Source: Chiloscyllium plagiosum
Lineage: Eukaryota
DNA: 64,000 bases
NCBI RefSeq assembly: GCF_004010195.1
Contig: NC_057718.1
Coordinates: 8,476,494 to 8,540,493, forward strand
Reading direction: 5' to 3'
Shown here: positions 12,719-25,161 of the stretch, piece after piece
Layout of the letters: each line of letters begins with the position of its first letter
Numbering within the stretch: the stretch's first letter is position 1
Translations under genes and position numbers: made by a program
Notes under the pieces: model-generated
The model's input: only the letters and a program-made list of their open reading frames with translations
The model's database searches: none
Told to the model about the DNA's origin: nothing

Positions 12719-14599
12719 CATGAAGTGGAAAGCATTTCACAATGCATTGTAGTATTAATATATGCAAAAGCTTTGCAATGTAAATGGATCCTCACTTTCC
12801 CTTCCCTCTTTAGAATGCCTTTATATCTATATTTGTGCTTGTGTAAGGATTAGCCAAGTACACACTTCTGAACTGGCAGCTTCTGATTAAACTGAATCCC
12901 ACCACGTGACAGCCCCATTACTGTCTCTTTCAAAGCTCTGGGGGCAGACGGAGCTTTAACGGGGGAGTTAGACATTGAAAATATTGACCTGGAGCATGAA
13001 TTAATCAAGAAGGAAAGCTTGATGGGATTTTCGAAAGCCAGCTGTGTCTTGAGGGAGCATTGTTCAGTGTAAAACATATCTGAGCTGTTTCTACTGTGGA
13101 TAAAATCATTTGTATTCAGAGGTTTAAGCATCTTTATCACTACATTTCTGGCTTAGAGATTTTGTATCAGTGTACCTTTCTGTTGGACGGCTGTAATAAC
13201 ACAGGCATGGGAGCACAGTGGTTACATTGCTGGAGTAACAGTTCAGAGGACTGGACCAGTGACCTGGAGCCTTCAGTAAATAATCCAGTCACAGAAGCTG
13301 GGGAATGTGAAACCAATGCTGAATTGAATCTGGAACTTAAAAATTCACAATCAGTAATGGTAACCTAGGTTTACTGGATTACCATGATCACCAGTCTGGT
13401 TCATCAAGACCTTTTAAGGGAGGAAATCTGCCATCTTTACCTAGTTGAGAGGTAAAGGGGCTGTAGTTTTTCCAGCCCTTAGGGCAGCTCCCTCAATTCA
13501 GAGAGACGACTGGTGCTGGTTTAACCCGAGGGTCACTGTGCCTCAGGCGAGGAGAGAGGTTGAGAAGGAGAGTTTATCATGGTGACCTCAGCCAATGTGG
13601 GAATTGAACACATGGTGTAGCTTCACAATACAACCCAGTCAACTGAACTAAAAACAGGGAGGTTTGGCTAAAACAATATAAAGCATGAATCAGACCACAC
13701 CTCAGATATTGTAAATAGTTTTGGGCTTCTTATCTAAAGATAAAAATAGACATTGGGAGTAGTCCACAAAAGGTTCCTCGGGTTAGTCCTGAGTATGGAG
13801 GGATTATCTGAGGAGGAGATGGTGTGGAGATTTGGCCTTTACTCATGAGCATTTAGATGATAAAGAGGCAAACTTATTGAAACAGGTAAGATTCTTAGTT
13901 TGTTAAATTTAAGTCTAGAGTTCAGAAGCTTTTAACTTGTCTAATTGAAAGATGAGTGCTCATTCTGGAGATTGGATTGAGCTTTACTAGAAAAGCATGC
14001 GCTGGTCACCTGATTCTTCTTTCTTTCTGCAATGGTTTGTGCGATTGCAGTGAGGCTAAAGTCAGCCTCAAGGAAGATTCTGAACTGCATTCTAACTGTG
14101 GCTGAGAGTGTGATTGATGCAGGATAAGTTCAGGTTAAGCAGTGCCTGATGTATGGTGGTTGCCAGCAGATTCTGGAGCTGCAGCCCACTGTAAACATCA
14201 TAAACCAATTGATTTGATATAGCAGACTTATAGGAATGGGGACAGAGGCTGCATTCTAGTAAATAAATCATCCAGAACAAATCTCCATGTTCCAGCAGAA
14301 CAGGAGTGGTGTGCATTAACTTGGATTTCCATACCAGAGATCAGTAGGGCTCCTGGTATTTAACTGGGCAGACGTTACTGACAGTAACGGCATTGTGCCA
14401 TAACAGCTATGGCACCATGGTAAATAGTGTCATTGCTATTGTTAGGAAATGGTGGATGGAAAGGACAAATATTTTGCTTCTGTCATCACTATAGAGGGTG
14501 CAAAAACATTCTAGCAACGGTTGTAAGTTAGGAGGTAGAAAGGAGAGAGGAATTTGGTCAAATTACAATCATGATGGCCATGATGCCGAGGAAACTGAT

Positions 14600-15105
14600 G
14601 GAACTGTGGGCAATTAAATCCCTGGGTCCAGATGAACATCACTCTTGGGTCTTAGAAGAGGTTGCTAATGATGCAATGATGCTACTTTTCTCAAACGTCG
14701 CTACATTCAGGACAGGTTCCATCAGATTGGAAAGTAGGAAATAAAGCATTTCTAATCAAGAAGGGAGACAGTAAACAGGAAACTATAGGTCAGTTAACTT
14801 GACATGGGTTGTGGGGTATATGTTTGAATTGATTATTAAAGAGATTGTAACTGCACACTTTGAAAAACTCAAGGTGATCAGGAGGAGTCAATATGGTTTT
14901 GTAAAAGGAAAGTCACATTTATCCAATTAATCAGACTTTTTAGAAATAGTGATGTGTGTTGCAGATAAAGGAAATCTTGCAAATGCACTTCACTTGGATT
15001 TCAAGAAGGCATTTCATAAGGTGCCACATCAAAGGTTATTGAAGAAAATAAAAACTGATAGTGGGCTGGGTGGAAAGAAGATTGGCTGGCTGGCAGAAAA
15101 CTGAG
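14600..15105 (+). mobile_element. Old CR1 RT fragment
   Basis: Decayed KSPGPD, NYRSVNLT and LDFKKAFHKVPH coding sequence. Confidence 0.7.
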
Positions 15106-15151
15106 TATGGGCAGTCCACATCTTGTGAACAGGTTGTGCTCTTAGTGCATT

Positions 15152-15468
15152 TTAGATTAGATGAGATTACTTACAGTGTGGAAACACACCCTTCGGCCCA
15201 ACAAGTCCACACCGCCCCGCCGAAGCGCAACCCACCCAAACCCCTACATTTACCCCTTACCTAACACTACGGGCAATTTAGCATGGCCATTTCACCTGAC
15301 CTGCACATCTTTGGACTGTGGGAGGAAACCGGAGCACCCGGAGGAAACCCACGCAGACACTGGGGGAACGTGCAAACTCCACACAGTCAGTCGCCTGAGG
15401 CTGGAATTGAACCCGGGTCTCTGGTGCTGTGAGGCAGCAGTGCTAACCACTGTGCCACCGTGCCGCCC
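15152..15468 (-). mobile_element. HE1/V-SINE, young full-length copy
   Basis: CpG-rich, close to the 57734-58050 copy, (TCTAA)n tail. Confidence 0.92.
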
Positions 15469-15724
15469 AATTTGTAGGTCAATTTGTACCCAAGTCAGAA
15501 TGCAATGCAGGACAATATAAAGTAACTGTTCATAAGTACAGGAATATTCATAAGTTAAAATGACACCCCTGTATGGGATCACATTTGTATGTATGAGCAT
15601 TCAGAAGTTAGATGTTTGTAAGTTGGGAACCCTATATGCATAAAAGGATTTTTGTCTGATTGGCAGAATGTGACAAATGGACTCAAGTTTTTTAAACTTG
15701 CCGTCAGTGATGTAGGTGAGGGTT

Positions 15725-16062
15725 TGGTTAGCACTGCTGCCTCACAGCGCCAGGGACCCAGGTTCAATTCCACACTCGGCTGACTGTCTGTGTAAAGTTT
15801 GCACATTCTCCCCGCATCTGTATGGGTTGTCTCGGGTGCTCTGGTTTCCATCCACAGTCCAACAATGTGCAGGTTAGGTGGATTGGCCATGCTAAATTGC
15901 CCCATACTGTCCAGGGTTGTGCAGGCTGGGTGAGTTAGCCATGGGAAATGCAGGGTTACAAGGATAGAGTGAGTCTGGGTGGGATGTTCTTCAGTGGGTT
16001 GGTGCGGAGTCAATGGGCTGAATGGCCTATTTCCACATTGTAGGAATTCTAGAATTCTAAAT
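15725..16062 (+). mobile_element. HE1/V-SINE
   Basis: B box, V core with internal duplication, tail. Confidence 0.88.
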
Positions 16063-16309
16063 TCTCAGATAAGGTGGGGAGGAAAATATGTTGTGAAGAA
16101 GATGTAAGGAGTTCACAGATCGATTGAGTGAGTAAATTTCGGGCAGATGGAGGGAGTGTATGAAGCTGCCTCCATTTGGAACAAGAGATTTTCCCCTTTA
16201 ATGCCAAAACACCACTCAGGCAGTTTTCCTGATCGTATTGATGTGGCTTTGTCTATACTTCCATGACCTGCAGCGTTATTGTGTTTGCATAAATGTTGTC
16301 AACTGGGAC

Positions 16310-16520
16310 CCAAAGGATTAGCAAGTTCAACACCCTCTTCAGAGAGCTGAGTTCAAAACCAAGGCTCACTAGGGACAAGCAGCACTGTTGAAGGTTCAGT
16401 TTTTAAAGGTGAGACATGAGATTAAAGTCTCAGGTGATGGAAAAGATCTTAAGTTTTTTTTTCAAAGGGAGAGTTCTCCCCCCCAATCTCCTGGGTCGAT
16501 ATTTATTTCTCAGCCAATAC
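16310..16520 (+). mobile_element. Deu-SINE (SacSINE1/AmnSINE1-like), decayed
   Basis: ctcaggtg...aaaagatc...gagttctccc...cctgg...atatttat.tctca.ccaa pattern shared with the copies at 39995, 34340 and 58050. Confidence 0.55.
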
Positions 16521-17422
16521 CCATGGCAGAAATAAAAGCAGGAAGTGCTGGAAACACGGGGGCAGCACAGTGGCAGCATCTGGGCAATGGCCTGTTTTCA
16601 TACTGCTGCTCATGATCACAATTGGTGCCAGCATCCTCTTGAAGCTTGGGAGGCTACAGGGTCCGTGTGGGAGGGGAAAGCTGCTCCTTGGTCCAACAAG
16701 GAAGATCTCTCATGGTTAACTAGATCCAGTTTAGTGCCTGTTTGTGACTTGTTAGAGGTTACAATGATATGGTAGATGTTAGTACAGAGACTTTGAGGAA
16801 GATCAGATCTTGGGTCTCACTCCTTTGTGATTCTAAGCTGCTCATAAGTCTACATGACATCTTCGTGGTGGGCGGTGCTTGTGGAATTCCTCTGTGTTAA
16901 ACCTTTCCGACCCATCTCCAACAAAACAGAGTTTACATTTCAGGTCAATGGCCATTCATATAAACTGACCAGGCTTTAAGATGTAGCTGCTCTGGAACTG
17001 GTTACTGTGTCTAGTCACGCACTGCAGTGGCTGTTTGTTGAATCTTGCTTTACAGACATGGCTTGACATCCTTGCTATAGTACAATGATCACTGTAATTG
17101 AGAAGGGCCCTGTTGGCTGGAGATGGTGATTGAGATGCCCTGAGACTATTGAGTGAACGCCATTTTTTTGAATGCAGGTTTAAACATGAAATCTTAATTA
17201 GCTGGTGATGGCACTGTAATAATCTCTTCAGCGATGTCAACCCTGTGGTGATCTGAGGAATGAGCTCCTGAGTTCTGGCCTTGCTGAATTTCTTTGTGAA
17301 TCACGCATTCTGACTCCAAATCCTTAATTATATTCAACGCTGGATGGTGTTTGTTGGGAATGCCTGCATGCTGGTTTTGGTGCCCTCAAGTGTCAGTTAG
17401 TGTGGGTGCTGGTTTGTTATTT

Positions 17423-17735
17423 GGGGCAGCATGGTGACTCAGTGGTTAGCACTGCTGCCTCACAGCACCAACGACCCAGGTTCGATTCCAGCCTCAGGTG
17501 ACTATCTGTGTGGAGTTTGCACATTCTCCCTGTATCCGTGTGGGTTTCCTCCCACAGTCCAAAGATGTGCTGGTTAGGTGAATTGGCCATGCTAAATTCC
17601 CCATAGTGTCCAGAGATATGCAGGCTAGGTGGATTAGCCATGGGAAACGCAGGGATAGGGTAGTGGGTGAGTCTGGTTGGGATGCTGTGATCTCGATGGG
17701 CCGAAAGGCCTGCTTCCACACTGTAGGGATTCTAA
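17423..17735 (+). mobile_element. HE1/V-SINE
   Basis: Head, V core and tail present. Confidence 0.9.
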
Positions 17736-17914
17736 GACAAGCACCTCACCCCTGCCAGACATTAGCTCAAGACACAATGGTGGCAGGAGGGGGTCTTTAG
17801 ATAGCCATTAATTGTTCAGTTTGTTGCAGGGCAATGATGGGCCTTACCCAGGGTAGAGAGGAGAAGGCTGTGAGGTCATTACACAATTCACTCTTATCTG
17901 ATTAAATGCTTGAT

Positions 17915-18083
17915 GGGAGAGATTAGATTCCCTCCAGTGTGGAAAACAGGCTGGAGCATTCGGAGGAAACCCATGCAGACACGGGGAGAATATGCGAATT
18001 CCACACAAACAGTCACCCAAGAGTGGAATTGAATTCTGGTCCCTGGCGCTGTGAGGCAGCAGTGCTAAAGACTGTGCCACCCA
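17915..18083 (-). mobile_element. HE1/V-SINE with internal deletion
   Basis: Head and start of V core joined directly to the tail. Confidence 0.8.
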
Positions 18084-18189
18084 TACTGCCCATGTCATGT
18101 TGGGTGTACAATCCAATAAAAATCCCTCCTGTACAAGAACTCACCATTGAGCAACAGAATAACCAGAAAGTGATCCTCTGTGTCCTCCT

Positions 18190-18828
18190 TGTTTTGATGA
18201 TGCTGTCACTTTAAAAGGTTATTTTGTCCTGCTTGTTTTTGAAAGGATGTTGTAAGACAGAGAGGACAAACTGTTTCTAAGAAAATAAACAATTTGTGAG
18301 ACCTTTGAAAGTTGGAACAATAGAAGCTGCCTGGGTGTGGCCAACTTTATCCGAGCAGGCTTTCAAGATTTTTTTTAGTTCTTAGGTTTAGTTTTAAACA
18401 GAAACCATTCGCATCTCAAAAGAGTTGGAAGCTTCAGTGAATGACTTGTAGCTGCCACTTTCTCTGAACCTTCCCTTGATGTTTCTTCCTCCTGGATTGG
18501 AGAACTGCATCTGAGAATCTGTGTCTGAATTTGCAAAGGGGTGTGTTTATGGGCTGATACTATACTGGAACAGTTAATTAGCAAAAGGCACTGTATCTAT
18601 TTTTCGGTTAAGTTTTCCAATAGCTAAGTTATTCTAAAGTCATCTTTCTTTTGTTTGCATTTTAACTACAGAGTTTAAATAAATTGTGTCTTGCTGAACA
18701 TCAAGCAGCCTGATCAGTCGCATTATATCTAGAATGTAGCACTTCACATTTGCCTGTAAATAAGAAAAGGTTAGGGTCTGGGCTATCTTCATAAAATATT
18801 TTCAGGGGGTTTGGCTTGGTCCAAAATA
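18190..18828 (+). mobile_element. Probable solo LTR related to the Gmr1-like LTRs at 44819/47662
   Basis: The 3' end gttagggtctgggctatcttcataaaatattttcagggggtttggcttggtccaaaata aligns with the reverse complement of 47662-47720; internal AATAAA. The 5' boundary is uncertain. Confidence 0.55.
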
Positions 18829-19276
18829 CTTTGCACCCTCTTCCTGAATTCATTCATCTATGGCTGCACCCCTCATTGATCTGATGTTTCAGGTGAGTGT
18901 AATATTGGCCTCCCAGTGGCACTGCCATGAAATAGAACCCCTGAGCTCTGACTGACCAGCAGCTTTGAGGGGACAGAATCCCCACTGCCTTTACTGTCTT
19001 TGGTCCCAGCTGAAGACCCACCGTTAAATGTTAAATGTCCCGATTGGCACGAGATATACTTGGCCTTCCCATAAAATAGCCACAAGGGGGATTTCACCAG
19101 CTCGCTGGAATACTTTGCCCTGCATTTTCTGCAATGTTCAGTTCTGGGAACTAAACATGCAATCCATAAGACCACAGGAAACAGGAAGAGGAATCGGCTG
19201 TTTGGCCCTTACAGCCCTTACATGTGGTTCATGAGGTACATGGGAAAGTGAGAATGAAAAAGAGCCTGATATTGAA

Positions 19277-19600
19277 AACACACACAGATACGTACATACA
19301 CACATAGACACAGACACACATATATATAGACACACACACAGACACATATGTGCACAGAATCAGACATACTCCGACACATACACACACACACAGACACGTA
19401 TGCACATAGACACAGAAACACACATGCACAGACACATATACACACCGACACAAACACACATGCACACACACACAGGCACACATTGACATACACACACAGG
19501 CACACACACAAAGTGAATGTATACACACACACACATATTTACACACAGTCACATATAAACACACACAACACAGATACACACACACATACACACACGCACA
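19277..19600. repeat. Degenerate (CA)n-type microsatellite
   Basis: ~320 bp of acac/agac/atac units; it generates the spurious HT/CV-repeat ORFs. Confidence 0.97.
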
Positions 19601-21262
19601 GAACTATAATCCTCTCCTTCATTGAAGAAGATTGGTCTCTGGTGAATTGAAGGTCACAAAATAGGATGAGATTTTTATTCTGGCTGAATCAGTTGTGAAA
19701 ACTAATAGAGAATGAGTTTGTTTTATCCTTGATTACATGGATTTGTAGTGAAAGATGGCTGCTCACACACAATATAAACACCAGCTTGCAGTGAATTCCC
19801 CTGTGAGCTATTTCTAGGTTTAATGTTTGACAGCAATACATTAACACGCTGAGGTTAGTAGCTCGATTTTGTTTGACAGTCTGGTAGTTCAGGATATGTG
19901 GATGACCATCAGGAGGAGACCTGTGCAGCCTGTCCCCATACAAAAGTGGTGGCCAGCGACTGAACGTCATGTTGGAGTAGCAAAGAACCAGATTAAAAAC
20001 CAAATCCTATTAGAATGATTTGAAAAAATTGAAAGATTCCTCTCCAACCCTATTTAATTGTCTGATATCTGGTCCCAGAGATCTTTACAGACTTGATTTT
20101 AGCATAATGAGCATGCATGTGTTAAATGTAGAAGTTGACTCAACATCAGCAGTCACATACTATTGAGACTCCAAGAAATAAAATATTGAAGAACTGTCCT
20201 TAGGACCCTATAGTACAAAGATTAACATTCTGTACATTAGTGTGTGGATAGATGGGTTCACTAGAACTCTTCCTAACATTTTCACATTGCAGTGGCAACA
20301 AAAGCCTGGGACAGTAAGATGGTGTGATGGGATAGGAGGATGAAGTGAATTGGACTGTCGAGATATTTTGGATCAGGTCGCATAGATTCAATGATCTTCC
20401 TCACTGATGCCCTAACTGCAATTTTACCACTTGAAGTGGGAACAAAGAAAGGAACTTGAGACTTGTAAAGATTGGACAACAGACCTGATTCAATCAGGAA
20501 AAAAAACCCACTTAGGTCATGGAAGGAGAGATGGTTCAGGAAATGAACTCAAGGAGATGATGAATTGGCCTTTTTGGTAATTATTATATCTGAAGACAGA
20601 AGAAAATTACAAAAAGCAAATGATAAAAAGTGACTGATAGGTGAACATGCTTACTGAGTTATGAACCATAAAACCATTTTGTTCAGAATTTCACTAAATG
20701 ATGCATCATTGGATATAAATGAAATTATTTATATGCCCTTTGTAGCAGTGGTCATTTAGGCTTTGCATTTTTCTGTTTAAATTTGCTAATTTGTGTTTAA
20801 ACGTTTAATCATTGACAGTGAATTGAGAGATTTGAGGAAAACTCCATTAATAGTAACTGATATTGAAAATCCTTTGGGTTAGCTTTGTTTCTGCAGTGAT
20901 AATTCTCACGATTATCTAGCTAGCTGCCTTCAATGGTAGACTGACAAAAGGAGATGGTTCAGTGCACAGCAGGAAGGGTAACTACTTGGAAAGGACAAGT
21001 TCAGGGTTTAGATAGGGATCTGGCGGGGGGGCAGTTTTCACCATGCTGTACTCAGTTGCAAAGGAATACAATGGATTCAACCTCTCAAAAGTTGGGGGTA
21101 ATTGTTATCACTGCGCGCTGTGGGTGTTGGCACGGTTGGGGTTGAAGAGGTCTTTTGAGTTGACTGTGTATGAACAGGCACCATTACTGTTGGTGTTGCT
21201 TGGCATTGCTTGTTCTTTCCATTGAGTTCACTTTTCCCTATGTTCGCTCTTTCCTTTCCCAG

Positions 21263-21649
21263 ATGGAAACCCGAAAGCGCCTGGCGAAGATTGTGCTGGT
21301 GTTCGTGGGTCTGTTTGCTCTCTGCTGGTTCCCCAACCACGTGCTGTACATGTACCGCTCCTTCCACTATGGCGAGATCGACCCCTCCCTCGGGCACCTC
21401 ATGGTTACCGTGCTGGGCCGCGTGCTGAGCTTCTCTAACTCTTGCGTGAACCCCTTCGCCCTGTACCTTCTGAGCGAGAGTTTCCGGAGGCATTTCAACG
21501 GTCACCTCCGGTGCCAGAGGCGACAATCGCACTTCAGTTCCAACAGCTACTTCCAGAGTACGTCGGCCATGAGGATGACATCTGTACGAAGCAGCAATAG
21601 GAACACCATCAGCAATGGCCACAGCCTCAAGCAGGAGTCAGTGGCATAA
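21263..21649 (+). CDS. NMBR: Terminal coding exon of neuromedin-B receptor (bombesin receptor family, class A GPCR): ICL3 end, TM6, ECL3, TM7, C-tail
   Basis: Polypyrimidine tract plus AG acceptor (ctctttcctttcccAG, AG at 21261-21262), then METRKRLAKIVLVFVGLFALCWFPNHVLYMYRSF...IDPSLGH...SNSCVNPFALYLLSESFRRHFN...NGHSLKQESVA and stop TAA at 21647-21649. CWxP and NPFALY motifs present. By recall it matches NMBR rather than GRPR/BRS3. The first ~31 aa of ORF 21170..21649 are intronic. Confidence 0.9.
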   Translation: METRKRLAKIVLVFVGLFALCWFPNHVLYMYRSFHYGEIDPSLGHLMVTVLGRVLSFSNSCVNPFALYLLSESFRRHFNGHLRCQRRQSHFSSNSYFQSTSAMRMTSVRSSNRNTISNGHSLKQESVA

Positions 21650-22289
21650 AATGATCTTCCATTGTACTTCATCTCTACGTAAGTTCAGTCTTGAGGCTAT
21701 TGCCATCTCCCTGCCCATCGCCCCTCCCACTTCATTGATCCAAACGCTATCTGACTTTTTGGGAACCAAAACAAAGAATGAGATGACACTTTGGATCAAT
21801 ACACATTGCCTTTCAAACCATGAAACTTGAAAGTTTTCCCTCTCTCTCTGATGAATGGAGATACCTGTGAGATAAGTTTGCACGTCTCACTCCTAATCTC
21901 CAAGGATATGGCTCAATGTCATGGGGGGACTCAGAATTCAACATCTGTTGGTGTCATAATGATCAGATTTTGCTTCAGGATTATCCTGAGTGGTACACAC
22001 ATGAAAAGAAATCCCTGATCTTTATCTTGTCATAGTTTATACATGAGGTGTTGAACATAACTTAGTTGGAAGTAATGCTCTAGCTTTGCAGTTCCCTTGT
22101 GGTACATTCATGATTGTATTTTGATTAATGAGATTGGCCTTTATTTTAAATACTTGGAATAACCATCTATCTTTCTCCAGTCTTTCTCCATTGCTGAGCC
22201 CTCAGAAATCTAGGGAGCAGTCATTGGATTTGTCCAAGTCTGCCTCCTAGGGGCGAAAATCTTCAATAGCACCTTTTGCAATCTCATCA

Positions 22290-22400
22290 TAACACTCTAC
22301 AGCCAGCTATGTATTTTTTGAAGCGTAGACCCTATTGAGATGTAGGAAATGCAGTTGCCAAGTTGTGCACAGCAAGGTCCCATGAATATCCATTTCATGA
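22290..22400 (-). mobile_element. Deu-SINE 3' fragment
   Basis: Reverse complement of gggaccttgctgtgcacaacttggcaactgcatttcctaca, as at ~40220 and ~27330. Confidence 0.6.
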
Positions 22401-22415
22401 TGTGCAGGTAATGAG

Positions 22416-22960
22416 AGGAGATGGTGGTGGAATGGTGATGAGTTATCCAGGGTTGAGGCTAATTCCCTGAAGAAGTCAGTTCAAATCCCACCATGGCAAC
22501 AGTGGAGGTTAAATTGAATTAATAGATCTCAGTTAAAAGCTAGTCATATTACCAGTGACGATGAAAAAGTTCTATTTATTTTTCTAAAACCCCACTTTTT
22601 TCATTAATGCACTTTAGGAGAGGTAAAGTCATCATAGTCCAAGGAGGACAAAGGGCTGCTCTGTCATTGCTACTGATTTAACCTGAGGGTCACCATGCCT
22701 CAGGTGAGGGGAAAGGTTGAGTCCTTCATGGGGTAACCTCAGCCATTGCGAGAATTGAACCTATGCTGTTGGTGTCATTCTGACAACCTTCGAGTAACTG
22801 ATCGCCTTTTTGGCATTATTGTCCCGACATGGTCTGGCCTATATGTGACTCCTGACTCACGGAGATGTGGCTAACCTCGAACTACCCTCTAGAATGTTCA
22901 ACAGCACTGAGGGCTGGGCAACAAATACTGACCTTGTCAGTGACACCCTCATTTCGTGGA
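22416..22960 (+). mobile_element. tRNA-derived SINE (family of 33170/38421) split by the hairpin SINE at 22622-22790
   Basis: gttcaaatcccaccatggca ... [insert] ... ggtctggcctatatgtgactcc ... gggcaacaaatactg. Confidence 0.7.
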
Positions 22961-22981
22961 AGAGCAAAGACAATAATCTGC

Positions 22982-23164
22982 TGCTGTAATGTTAGTTGGA
23001 CAATCATGCCATGCTATAATGTTAGTTGGACAATCATGCCATGCTATAATGTTATTTGGACAATAGTGCCATGCTGTAATGTTAGTTGGACAATCATGCC
23101 ATGCTATAATGTTAGTTGGACAATAGTGCCATGCTGTAATGTTAGTTGGACAATCATGCCATGC
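22982..23164. repeat. 30-bp minisatellite, ~6 copies
   Basis: Unit tgct(a/g)taatgttagttggacaat(ca/ag)tgcca. Confidence 0.97.
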
Positions 23165-24254
23165 CAGGAATCAATCTGGTGAATCTTCACTGCACTCCCC
23201 CTGTGGCAAGTGTATAATTTCTCAGATGAGGAGACCAACGCTGCACATGATACTACAGGCCTCGTGCCCTAATAACCGGGACATCCGTGGTACAAATGCA
23301 TTGCTCTTTTACTGGAAATCTCTTACGATAAAGAATGCCATTGCATTTGCCTTCCTATCTGCTTGCTACACCAAATACTTGCTTTCAATCGTCAGAGTTC
23401 AATGAGTTACTTTGATTGAATTTACTTTGTACATCAATGTTTCCGAATCTATCACCTGTCTAGATAACAGTCCACCATTGTGTTTATCCAACTGGAGCGG
23501 ACAACCTCACATTAATCCACATTTCACTGCATCTAGCACAAGTCTGCACTGTGCCTGAAGAACTTTGATAAGTTCAGATAAATCTGAACCTTAATTATTT
23601 AAAACTGTTAGAGAGCACCTTCCCATACTGCTTAGTTCATGGATGGGTCCCAAATCTTGGTCACTTACCTCGAGTCATTCTCTACGAGCATGTGACTTTC
23701 ATGAGCACGAGCAAGTAGAGCATGTGACTTTCAAATACATTCTAGTTCTCAGCATGGTATTCCAATTACTCTTATGCCCCTGCTCCACGCAGGTGGCCCT
23801 GCACTATCTTCCCCTAGTGTTACAGCATATCCTATATACAACAATGGAAACAAACACTGTACAAGTTACACAAATTTAATCTGTCGTGGGGTGTGCATTT
23901 GTGATAAATCGAAGGCAGCCAAGTGAAGCATAATTGAACTGTGCTTTGTACTGTGAAAGTTCAGCAGTAATTGGGAAATGGACTCAACAGGAGCTGGATA
24001 ATGGACACAGAGGCTGTTGAAGTGGAAGTTGAGGACAAGGGGAACCTGTTATGATTTTGGGAAGGAGCATAAGCACATCAGCAGAAGTGTGTGAAATAGA
24101 TTGCATGCAGTTGAGGATCCAGCCCAGCAGACAGGAGAGGGATTTCATTAGTTGAAATAAAGGCAAGGCATATTGGAAGCACCGGTACAGAAGAGTTCAT
24201 GTCTGAAAGTGCGTGACTGAGCAAGAGTAACATGGAGAATGATAATAGATTTAA

Positions 24255-24990
24255 CAATGATCCTCTGCCATTTTCACAACTTCCTGTGTGACTCCACTAT
24301 CTTCCCCCCCATCCCTTTCAGCATTCCAAAGGGATTGTTCACTCCACAACTTTCTGGTTTATTCCTCATTTAATCCCCCTTCTTTACAGCACCTTTTGTT
24401 ATCTCAGCAAGAGGCACAATAACTGTCCAGTTAGTCTTCCTTCTCACCATCCAGTGGCCCTATCAATCCTTCCAAAGGAGACTGTATTTCCTTCTGTTTG
24501 ACTTGCTTCATTCACTGCACTGACAATATCATCTCCCCAACACTGGAAAGACCACACACCGACTGGGTGACTGGTTGAGGGAACACTTTCTCTCTGTCCC
24601 TAAATGTGACCCAGTGCTTCCTGTCATTTTTAATATCAATTCTCCATCTTGGTCTCACTTTAACGTCACCATCCTTGACTTGTTGTAATGCTCCAGTGAA
24701 GCTTAACAGAAGCTAAAGGAACAGAGCCTTATCTAAAGGGAAAAATCAAAGGAACTGAGGATGCCAGAAATCAGAAACAAAAACAGGAATTGCTGGAACA
24801 GCTTGGCATCATCTGTGGAGAGAAATCAGAGTTAATGTTTCAGGTCCAGTTATCCCTCCTCAGTTCTGAGATGCTGCCAGACCTGCTGAGCTTTTCCAAA
24901 CATTTCTGGTTTTGTTTGTCACAAAATCTTATCTGCTCACTTGACATTCCTGAGCCTCCAGGGATCAAGACAGCGTTCACCAATTTAGAT
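24255..24990 (+). mobile_element. Decayed PLE linker/GIY-YIG fragment with a nested terminal-repeat fold-back (~24735-24920)
   Basis: Similar to 49215-49530 (cgactgggtgac, gaggaacac, aaggaacag); the insert has aaacaggaattgctggaa...ttttccaaacatttctggtttt. Confidence 0.55.
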
Positions 24991-25161
24991 CGTAATCACT
25001 GCCTCTATTTAGCTTTGTGGGTCATTTTGTTTGTGGTTTATATTTATGTTCTTTCTTCATTTGTTCACATTGCGATTGTCATTCAGCCACTCATACCTCA
25101 TCTGGACATTGCATTCATTTCTACACCATTTCCCTTGTCACTCTCTTTAGTTTTGTCTAAG

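Noticed and set aside
19138..19650. Cys/Val-rich and His/Thr-rich ORFs
   Set aside because: Translations of a (CA)n microsatellite.
21077..21622. 181-aa minus-strand ORF
   Set aside because: Antisense shadow of the GC-rich NMBR exon; no recognisable domain.
22865..23182. Repeat protein ORF (CYNVSWTIMP)n or CRISPR-like array
   Set aside because: A 30-bp tandem repeat stays in frame by arithmetic; there are no spacers and the context is eukaryotic.
24156..24161. NMBR polyadenylation signal
   Set aside because: 2.5 kb from the stop and among repeat remnants; it cannot be assigned without transcript data.
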